Translations under genes and position numbers: made by a program
Shown: positions 56,637 through 64,000 of the stretch, piece by piece
Numbering within the stretch: the first letter of the stretch is position 1
How the letters are laid out: every line of letters starts with the position of its first letter
Notes under the pieces: generated by a model
Database searches by the model: none
What the model was told of the DNA's origin: nothing
The model's input: only the letters and a program-made list of their open reading frames with translations
Sequence record: LC788708.1
Length of the DNA: 64,000 nt
Strand: one strand, 5' to 3'
Source: Escherichia coli phage AZ21

Positions 56637-58031
56637 ATGTCTTTACAACTATTACGTAATACTCGAATCTTCGTGTCTACGGTTAAGACTGGTCATAATA
56701 AGACCAACACGCAAGAGATTCTAGTTCAGGATGATATTTCTTGGGGTCAGGACAGTAACTCAACAGATATTACTGTTAATGAAGCTGGTCCGCGTCCAAC
56801 TCGTGGTTCTAAACGTTTTAACGACTCTTTAAACGCGGCTGAGTGGAGTTTCTCTACTTACATCCTGCCCTATATCAATAAAGATGATCAGAAGCAAATC
56901 GTTCCTGACTATATGTTATGGCATGCACTTTCTAGTGGTAAAGCTATTAACTTAGAAGGTAATACAGGGGCACACAATAACGAGGCTAACTTCATGGTTA
57001 ACTTCAAAGATAACTCCTATCATGAGTTAGCAATGTTACATATTTATATTCTGACTGATAAAGCATGGAGTTATATCGATTCCTGTCAGATTAATCAGGC
57101 AGAAGTTAACGTTGATATCGAAGATATTGGCCGTGTAACTTGGTCCGGTAATGGTAATCAGCTTATTCCTCTGGATGAGCAACCATTTGACCCAGATGAG
57201 TTAGGTATTGATGATGAAACTTATATGACTATCCAGGGTTCTTATATTAAGAACAAACTAACGATCTTGAAGATCAAGGATATGGATACCAATAAGTCTT
57301 ATGACATACCTATTACTGGTGGTACTTTCACCATTAATAATAACATCACGTATCTAACCCCGAATATTATGTCCCGTGTAAATATTCCGATCGGTTCATT
57401 TACTGGCGCATTTGAACTAACTGGTTCATTAACTGCTTATCTGAATGATAAATCTCTTGGTTCTATGGAGCTGTATAAAGATCTTATCAAAACTCTGAAG
57501 GTAGTTAACCGCTTCGAAATTGCTCTAGTACTTGGTGGTGAATACGATGAAGAACGTCCTGCGGCTATTTTGGTAGCTAAACAAGCACACGTTAATATTC
57601 CTACTATTGAAACTGATGATGTACTTGGTACTTCAGTAGAGTTTAAAGCTATTCCATCTGATCTGGATGCTGGTGATGAAGGTTACTTAGGCTTCTCTAG
57701 TAAATATACCAAAACAACTATTAATAACTTGATTGTTAATGGTGATGGTGCTACTAATGCTGTAACCGCAATTACTGTTAAATCTGCTGGTGATGTTACT
57801 ACAGTAAATAACTCGGCTACTCTTCAAATGAGTGTTGAAATTACTCCTTCTTCCGCAAAGAATAAAGAAGTTACTTGGGCTATCACTGCTGGTGATGCAG
57901 CTACTATCAATGCAGCAGGACTATTAACAGCCCATGCTAGTAAAACAGGTGCGGTAACTGTTGAAGCTACAGCTAAGGATGGTTCTGGAGTTAAAGGTAC
58001 TAAACAGATTACTGTAACAGCAGGTGGTTAA
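56637..58031 (+). CDS. tail tube protein with C-terminal Ig-like (BIG2-type) domain
   Basis: 464 aa; C-terminal Ig-like domain; upstream of chaperone and tape-measure genes. Confidence 0.75.
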   Translation: MSLQLLRNTRIFVSTVKTGHNKTNTQEILVQDDISWGQDSNSTDITVNEAGPRPTRGSKRFNDSLNAAEWSFSTYILPYINKDDQKQIVPDYMLWHALSSGKAINLEGNTGAHNNEANFMVNFKDNSYHELAMLHIYILTDKAWSYIDSCQINQAEVNVDIEDIGRVTWSGNGNQLIPLDEQPFDPDELGIDDETYMTIQGSYIKNKLTILKIKDMDTNKSYDIPITGGTFTINNNITYLTPNIMSRVNIPIGSFTGAFELTGSLTAYLNDKSLGSMELYKDLIKTLKVVNRFEIALVLGGEYDEERPAAILVAKQAHVNIPTIETDDVLGTSVEFKAIPSDLDAGDEGYLGFSSKYTKTTINNLIVNGDGATNAVTAITVKSAGDVTTVNNSATLQMSVEITPSSAKNKEVTWAITAGDAATINAAGLLTAHASKTGAVTVEATAKDGSGVKGTKQITVTAGG

Positions 58032-58035
58032 TTAA

Positions 58036-58935
58036 ATGTACTACTCTCTAATGAGAGAGTCAAAAGTTATAGTTGAGTATGATGGTAGGGCATTTCATTT
58101 TGATGCCCTATCAAACTATGATATACAGACTTCCTACGAGGAATTCAAGACTCTTCGTAGGACTGTTCATCGTAGAACTAACTATGCAGACTCTATTATA
58201 AATGCTCAAACTCCCTCTTCTATCTCTCTAGCCGTAAATTTCAGTAATACTCTTACGGAGGCTAACTTCTTTGAATGGTTAGGTTTTGATAGAAAAGGTA
58301 ATACTTTCTTACTCCCACTATATAGTAGTAATATTGAACCTATTATGTTCAATATCTATATAGTAAACAAAGATAGTAACTGTGTATATTTTGAAAACTG
58401 TTATGTATCTACGGTAGATTTTTCTTTAGATAAGAACATACCAATTCTTAATGTTGGTATTGAGTCTGGGAAATTCTCAGAAGTATCTACCTATAGAGAA
58501 GCAGCTTCTATTATACAGGGTGAAGTAATGTCTTACAGCCCAGTAATAGCTTCTACTAATGGCAGCATCTTACCAGGTCTTATTTCTGCCTCTTTATCTT
58601 TCCAACAGCAGTGTTCCTGGAGAGAGGATAAGAGTGTTTTTGATATAAATAAAATTTATAATAATAAAAGAGCCTATGTAACTGAAATGAATGCTTCGGC
58701 AACCATTTCTCTATACTACTTAAAACGTTTTGCAGGAGATATGGTTTATAATATAGAACCGGAGATAGATATACCTTTAACAATAAGAAATAATAATATT
58801 TCTATAGATTTTCCTTCAGCACGTATTACAAAACGCCTAGATTTCTCAGATGTGTATAGAGTTGAGTGGGATATTATACCTACTGCTTCTTCAGACCCAG
58901 TGAGAATAGATTTCTTTGGAGAAATTAAAAAATGA
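58036..58935 (+). CDS. hypothetical tail-associated protein
   Basis: 299 aa between tail tube and chaperone genes. Confidence 0.4.
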   Translation: MYYSLMRESKVIVEYDGRAFHFDALSNYDIQTSYEEFKTLRRTVHRRTNYADSIINAQTPSSISLAVNFSNTLTEANFFEWLGFDRKGNTFLLPLYSSNIEPIMFNIYIVNKDSNCVYFENCYVSTVDFSLDKNIPILNVGIESGKFSEVSTYREAASIIQGEVMSYSPVIASTNGSILPGLISASLSFQQQCSWREDKSVFDINKIYNNKRAYVTEMNASATISLYYLKRFAGDMVYNIEPEIDIPLTIRNNNISIDFPSARITKRLDFSDVYRVEWDIIPTASSDPVRIDFFGEIKK

Positions 58936-59336
58936 TTAATTTAAAAGATATTACTCTTGATACTCGTACTATTACTCTTTCCTACCCAGGTATGCCGAAC
59001 TTTAAACTAGAACTTAACTATATGTCTCGTGCTACCTCTAAACGTGTTATTTCTTCTGCTAAACGCGATGAATGGGTTAACGGTACTTTGGTTCAGGTAC
59101 AGGATGATGATAAGTTCATTGAAGCCTTTGTTGACGCAGCTATTAAAGGTTGGACTGGTTTGACTGTAGGTGACGTTGAAAAACTAATGCTGATTGAAAC
59201 AGATGCTGATCCTGCTACTGAAGTTCCTTTTAGCCGCGATAATGCTGTAATGCTTATGCAGAACTCTGCTGCGTTTGATTCTTGGATCAACCAGACAGTG
59301 TTCCACTTAGACACTTTTCGTAGCCCAAAAGCGTAA
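58932..59336 (+). CDS. tail assembly chaperone (short form)
   Basis: 134 aa acidic protein immediately upstream of tape measure gene. Confidence 0.45.
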   Translation: MINLKDITLDTRTITLSYPGMPNFKLELNYMSRATSKRVISSAKRDEWVNGTLVQVQDDDKFIEAFVDAAIKGWTGLTVGDVEKLMLIETDADPATEVPFSRDNAVMLMQNSAAFDSWINQTVFHLDTFRSPKA

Positions 59337-59766
59337 AGAACTTCTGGATGCTGTTGCTGATTTTGCAGATAAATGTATTAAGAGCTCAGCATCTAAAATG
59401 ACCAAACAACAATATTTAATACTTTGCGAGTCAATGGGTATAGAGCCTGATCCTAAGGCTATGCCCGTTGAACTTGAGGATTTTCCACCTATTGTATCTA
59501 TTAGTATGAATATTTATAACAGTCTGATTGACTGTTTCATACCGGGTGACTTTCCTATTTTTATAGGTAAGGATAAAGCTGCATTAGGTGTTTTATTTGA
59601 TATTTATGGGATTACTGATCCTATAGAAAAAGAATTTGTTCTACACATTATCAATATATTTGATGCTAAAGCTGTAGACGCTGCACGTAAACATGCTGAG
59701 AAGCATAAACCGCAAAACGGGAGGATCCCTAACGTTAAGCCACATGCTAGATCTCGTGCACGGTAA
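59311..59766 (+). CDS. tail assembly chaperone extension (probably expressed by +1 frameshift from 58932-59336)
   Basis: Frame open from 59311, overlapping the upstream ORF end; no convincing RBS before the first ATG at 59398. Confidence 0.35.
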   Translation, partial: TLFVAQKRKELLDAVADFADKCIKSSASKMTKQQYLILCESMGIEPDPKAMPVELEDFPPIVSISMNIYNSLIDCFIPGDFPIFIGKDKAALGVLFDIYGITDPIEKEFVLHIINIFDAKAVDAARKHAEKHKPQNGRIPNVKPHARSRAR

Positions 59767-59801
59767 AAGTTTCCTCCAATGGGCGTTCCACGATGAGGCT
59801 T

Positions 59802-59833
59802 GGCTCTGGGTGATTTGCCCAGAGCCTTTTTTA
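59802..59833 (+). terminator. rho-independent terminator
   Basis: GGCTCTGGG-TGATTTG-CCCAGAGCC then TTTTTT. Confidence 0.75.
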
Positions 59834-59849
59834 TTGGGAAAAATAAAAC

Positions 59850-62800
59850 ATGACTGATAAGCTAATACGAGAATTACTAATAGACGTTAAACAGAAGGGG
59901 GCAACTCGTACTGCAAAGTCTATTGAAAACGTATCTGATGCGTTGGAAAATGCTGCTGCTGCTTCCGAACTGACAAATGAGCAGTTAGGTAAAATGCCCA
60001 GAACTCTTTATTCCATTGAGAGGGCAGCAGACAGAGCAGCGAAAAGTCTTACTAAAATGCAAGCTAGTAGGGGTATGGCTGGTATCACTAAATCCATTGA
60101 TGGTATTGGTGATAAGCTAGATTACCTGGCTATCCAACTTATTGAAGTAACAGATAAACTAGAAATTGGATTTGATGGAGTTTCTAGATCTGTTAAAACA
60201 ATGGGTAATGATGTTGCAGCTGCAACAGAAAAAGTCCAGGATAGATTATATGATACTAATAGAGCATTAGGTGGTACAGCTAGAGGTTTTAACGACACTG
60301 CTGGTGCCGCTGGTAGAGCTTCTAGAGCTATTGGTAATACTTCTGGTTCAGCACGTGGTGCAACTCGTGATTTTGCGGCAATGGCTAAGATCGGTGGTAG
60401 TCTACCTATTATGTACGCAGCTCTTGCTTCCAACATCTTCGTTTTGCAATCAGCATTTGAACAACTTAAACTAGGTGATCAGCTAAATCGTCTAGAAAAA
60501 TTTGGTGTTATAGTAGGTACTCAGACAGGTACTCCTGTTCAGACCCTTGCTAGATCACTACAAGAAGCTGCTGGATATGCTATTTCTTTTGAGGAAGCAA
60601 TGAGACAGGCATCTTCAGCATCTGCTTATGGATTTGATGCTGAACAGCTTAATAAATTTGGTTTAGTAGCTCGTCGTGCGGCTGCTGTTCTTGGCGTTGA
60701 TATGACTGATGCACTTAACCGTGTAATTAAGGGCGTATCTAAACAAGAAATCGAACTTCTGGATGAACTTGGTGTCACCATCCGTCTTAATGACGCATAC
60801 GCTGATTATGTTAAACAGTTAAATGCTGCAAACACAGGTATAACATATAATGTTAATAGTCTTACCACTTTCCAGAAGCAACAAGCATACGCTAATGCGG
60901 TAATTGCTGAATCTACTAAGCGTTTCGGCTACCTAGATGAAGTACTACGTGCAACTCCATGGGAGCAGTTTGCTGCTAATGCAGATGCTGCACTAAGAAA
61001 AATACAACAAGCTGCTGCTAAGTATTTAGGGCCAGTAATTGATGCTATCAACACAGTATTTTATACGTCTCAGGCTTCTATATCTGCTGAGGCAGCTAGG
61101 GCTCAAGAAAAAACTAATAGACAGATAGACCCTACCAACGTTGGTGCTGTTGCTTTAAGTTTAGCTGCTTCTGAAGAAGGCTATAATAAAGCTCTAGATA
61201 TGTATAAGGAATCTCTTGATAAGCGTAATAAGCTAAAATCTGAGTTTGATAAACGAATGGAACAAGCAGATTTCTATACAAAATTAGCTATACGTCAAGT
61301 TGGTGAAGGTATTCCTATTGGTATTGCAGCAGCAGGTGCTTCGGAGGCCAATAAGCAATTTGTAGCAGAAACTGCAGCTATGGGTCTACAAGTAACTAGA
61401 CTTGGTAAGGAAGTAGAGGATTCTACAGAGAATCTCAATGCTTGGAAATCAGCGTATCAAGCTGCTGGGGCTGCTGCTGCAAATGCTAGTCCAGAGTTTC
61501 AGAAGCAAATTAATCTCCAGAGAGATACTACTGATCCTGATGCTGTATACGATTTTAACTCTACTGTATTAAAAGGACTAACTGAGCAGCAGAAAGCGTA
61601 CAATCAGACTAAGAAAACTGCTAGTGACTTAGCTAATGACTTTCAAAATATAGCTAGTAGCACAGATACTGCTGCTAAAACCAGTGCAACTTTTGAAGAG
61701 GTAATTAAAAACATATCGTCTCTATCCGCAGGAACTGGTAAGAGTGCTGATGATTATGTTAAAAGCCTCAACTTAGGGTTTAACACTCTGTCTGAAATGA
61801 AAACTGCGTCTCAGGCCTTATCTGAGTACGTTAAACTAACGGGTAATGAGACTAAGAACCAGTTAGCAGTTCAACAGAAGATAGCGGATGTATATAACCA
61901 AACTAAGGATAAAGAAAAAGCACAGGAAGCTGGTAGACGTTTAGAGTTGCAACAGTTAGAAGAGCAAGAAACTGCTTTACACCGTGTTCTTCAAACAAAC
62001 CAGGGAAATAAAGCTGTTGAAAAAGAAATTGAAAAAATTCAGCTGGAGAAACTTAAACTTACTAATCAGGGTATGGAGGCTCAGAAGAAGGTTAAGGATT
62101 ACACAGATAAAATTCTGGGTGTAGATCGTGAGATAGCCCTCTTAAATAACCGTACTATGACAGATACTCAGTATCGTCTAGCACAGTTAAATCTTGAATT
62201 GACCGTTGAAAAAGAGAAGTACGAATGGTACACAAAACAAGCTGATAAACAGAAAGAGGCAGAACAGTCTAGACGTGCTCAAGCTCAAATTGAACGTGAA
62301 ATCTGGAAATTCCGCCAAGATCAGATTGCTTCAATGGCTGCTGGTAGAGAGGAAGAACAGCAAAGACAATTTACTGCTAAACCATTAATGGGAAATGCGG
62401 AGCGCCTACAGGAACAGCTAAAATTATATGAAGACTTAAAGCAGAAAACATTAGGTAATGCTGCGGCACAAGCGGAATATAATAAAAAGATAGCTGAAAC
62501 TAGGGCACAACTAGCAGGTTTAAGGGCACAGAGAAATGCGGAGATGCAAGCTTCTGTTGGATCTTCTTTAGGTGCTGTGTACACCCCTACAACTGGACTA
62601 TCTGGAGAAGATAAAGATTTTGCTGATATGGGAAATAGGATGGCTTCTTATGACCAGGCAATATCTAAACTATCCGAGCTAAACTCTGAAGCAACCGCTG
62701 TAGCTCAAAGCATGGGTAACCTAACCAATGCTATGATTCAGTTCTCTATGGGGTCTTTAGACACGACTTCCACGATCGCAGTAGGTATGCAAGCTGTATC

Positions 62801-63530
62801 CTCTATGATTCAATATAGTACTAGTCAACAGGTTAGTGCAATTGATCAGGCTATCGCAGCAGAGCAGAAACGTGATGGTAAATCAGAAGCATCTAAAGCT
62901 AAGTTGAAGAAGTTGGAAGCTGAAAAGCTGAAGATTCAACAAGACGCAGCTAAGAAGCAGATTATCATCCAAACTGCGGTAGCAGTAATGCAAGCGGCAA
63001 CAGCTGTACCGTACCCGTTCTCTATTCCTTTGATGGTGGCGGCAGGTTTGGCAGGTGCCTTAGCTCTTGCTCAAGCATCTTCTGCATCTGGCATGTCTTC
63101 TATTGCAGATTCTGGGGCGGATACAACTAGTTATTTAACCTTAGGAGAACGTCAGAAGAATATAGATGTGTCCATGTCTGCTAATGCTGGTGAATTATCT
63201 TATATTCGTGGCGATAAAGGCATAGGTGGTGCTAACTCTTTCGTTCCCCGTGCTGAGGGTGGTAATATGTACCCTGGGGTTAGCTATCAAATGGGTGAGC
63301 ATGGTACAGAAGTAGTTACCCCTATGGTTCCTATGAAAGCTACACCTAATGATGAGCTAAAAATCTCATCTAACTCAACTTCAGGAAGACCTATCATCTT
63401 GAATATTAGTGCTATGGATGCTGCAAGTTTTAGAGAGTTTGCTTCTAGTAATAGTAGTGCTCTAAGAGACGCAGTAGAATTAGCTCTGAATGAGAACGGT
63501 GCTAGTCTGAAAACATTAGGAAATTCTTAA
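59850..63530 (+). CDS. tail tape measure protein (pb2-like)
   Basis: 1226 aa, Ala/Gln-rich coiled-coil central region, TM-like segment near C-terminus. Confidence 0.85.
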   Translation: MTDKLIRELLIDVKQKGATRTAKSIENVSDALENAAAASELTNEQLGKMPRTLYSIERAADRAAKSLTKMQASRGMAGITKSIDGIGDKLDYLAIQLIEVTDKLEIGFDGVSRSVKTMGNDVAAATEKVQDRLYDTNRALGGTARGFNDTAGAAGRASRAIGNTSGSARGATRDFAAMAKIGGSLPIMYAALASNIFVLQSAFEQLKLGDQLNRLEKFGVIVGTQTGTPVQTLARSLQEAAGYAISFEEAMRQASSASAYGFDAEQLNKFGLVARRAAAVLGVDMTDALNRVIKGVSKQEIELLDELGVTIRLNDAYADYVKQLNAANTGITYNVNSLTTFQKQQAYANAVIAESTKRFGYLDEVLRATPWEQFAANADAALRKIQQAAAKYLGPVIDAINTVFYTSQASISAEAARAQEKTNRQIDPTNVGAVALSLAASEEGYNKALDMYKESLDKRNKLKSEFDKRMEQADFYTKLAIRQVGEGIPIGIAAAGASEANKQFVAETAAMGLQVTRLGKEVEDSTENLNAWKSAYQAAGAAAANASPEFQKQINLQRDTTDPDAVYDFNSTVLKGLTEQQKAYNQTKKTASDLANDFQNIASSTDTAAKTSATFEEVIKNISSLSAGTGKSADDYVKSLNLGFNTLSEMKTASQALSEYVKLTGNETKNQLAVQQKIADVYNQTKDKEKAQEAGRRLELQQLEEQETALHRVLQTNQGNKAVEKEIEKIQLEKLKLTNQGMEAQKKVKDYTDKILGVDREIALLNNRTMTDTQYRLAQLNLELTVEKEKYEWYTKQADKQKEAEQSRRAQAQIEREIWKFRQDQIASMAAGREEEQQRQFTAKPLMGNAERLQEQLKLYEDLKQKTLGNAAAQAEYNKKIAETRAQLAGLRAQRNAEMQASVGSSLGAVYTPTTGLSGEDKDFADMGNRMASYDQAISKLSELNSEATAVAQSMGNLTNAMIQFSMGSLDTTSTIAVGMQAVSSMIQYSTSQQVSAIDQAIAAEQKRDGKSEASKAKLKKLEAEKLKIQQDAAKKQIIIQTAVAVMQAATAVPYPFSIPLMVAAGLAGALALAQASSASGMSSIADSGADTTSYLTLGERQKNIDVSMSANAGELSYIRGDKGIGGANSFVPRAEGGNMYPGVSYQMGEHGTEVVTPMVPMKATPNDELKISSNSTSGRPIILNISAMDAASFREFASSNSSALRDAVELALNENGASLKTLGNS

Positions 63531-63537
63531 AACTGGA

Positions 63538-63562
63538 GGAGGACTTTGAGTCCTCCTTTTCT
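63538..63562 (+). terminator. rho-independent terminator
   Basis: GGAGGACT-TTG-AGTCCTCC then TTTT. Confidence 0.75.
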
Positions 63563-63583
63563 TTATGGAAAAATAAAAATTTC

Positions 63584-63612
63584 TTGATAAAATTTTCTAA
63601 TACTATTATAAT
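63584..63612 (+). promoter_or_regulatory. sigma70-like promoter in late region
   Basis: TTGATA-17-TATAAT upstream of RBS AGAGGAG. Confidence 0.5.
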
Positions 63613-63639
63613 ATTGTTATTAAAGAGGAGAAATTAACT

Positions 63640-64000
63640 ATGAGATTACCAGACCCATACACGAATCCAGAACTTTCAGGCTTAGGATTCGAAAGTGTTA
63701 ACCTGATTGATAATGACCCAGTAATTCGTGATGAGTTACCAAATGGTAAAGTTAACGAAGTTAAGGTATCTGCTCAATACTGGGGTATAAATATTTCTTA
63801 TCCAGAATTATTTCCAGATGAATATAGTGTTCTAGATGCTTTTATTCTAGAATACAAAAGGACTGGTGGTTATATAGATGTTATATTACCCCAATACGAA
63901 GCTTTCAGAGTTAGAGGTAATACTAGTCTAGTAAATATACCTGCTGGACAGAAGGGTTCTAATATAACTATGGATACAAAAGGACTTCTTACAGGTACTC
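63640..64000 (+). CDS. distal tail protein (Dit-like), N-terminal part; 3' end outside window
   Basis: First gene after tape measure; ORF runs to window end. Confidence 0.45.
   Translation, partial: MRLPDPYTNPELSGLGFESVNLIDNDPVIRDELPNGKVNEVKVSAQYWGINISYPELFPDEYSVLDAFILEYKRTGGYIDVILPQYEAFRVRGNTSLVNIPAGQKGSNITMDTKGLLTGT

Noticed and set aside
60122-62584. Small ORFs on both strands inside the tape measure gene (60122-60436, 60271-60474, 62206-62388, 62321-62584)
   Set aside because: Embedded in a 1226 aa gene with strong context; typical shadow ORFs in Ala/Gln-rich coding sequence.

Overview
This window reads as a T5-like siphophage (Tequintavirus-type) genome segment, not a bacterial chromosome. 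It has three parts. (1) 1-33.8 kb: an early-gene module on the + strand with nucleotide-metabolism genes (PhoH-like, NrdA, NrdB, DHFR, ThyA, RNase H, dNMP kinase-like), a lysis cassette (holin, L-Ala-D-Glu peptidase endolysin, spanin pair), about 7 tRNA genes and many small ORFs, driven by about 20 near-identical sigma70 promoters (TTGCTT-17-TATAAT plus a conserved CATAAATTGATGAGAGG leader). (2) 33.8-45.8 kb: a pre-early / first-step-transfer-like block. It starts with a 1.8 kb gene-free repeat region (nine GTCGGATTYGCACA copies, GAGAATGAT palindromes, DnaA-box-like and LexA-box-like sites), followed by a minus-strand block of 9 unknown genes, then a plus-strand block with an A2-like ORF, the A1-like 556 aa metallophosphoesterase and a 244 aa HAD-type Dmp-like nucleotidase. 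(3) 45.8-64 kb: a late module with an Llp-like lipoprotein, receptor-binding protein, terminase small and large subunits, homing-endonuclease-like genes, portal, protease, major capsid, tail tube, chaperones, a 1226 aa tape measure and the start of a Dit-like protein. The most unusual sequence-level observations are: ~180 bp inverted-repeat modules carrying LexA-box-like palindromes on both sides of the minus-strand pre-early block; a 24 bp inverted repeat bracketing one small pre-early ORF; a host-like GrcA glycyl-radical protein; a CheY-like receiver-domain protein; and a candidate +1 frameshift in the tail chaperone genes. All assignments are from reading motifs by eye; no database search was run, and T5 protein lengths quoted are from memory.
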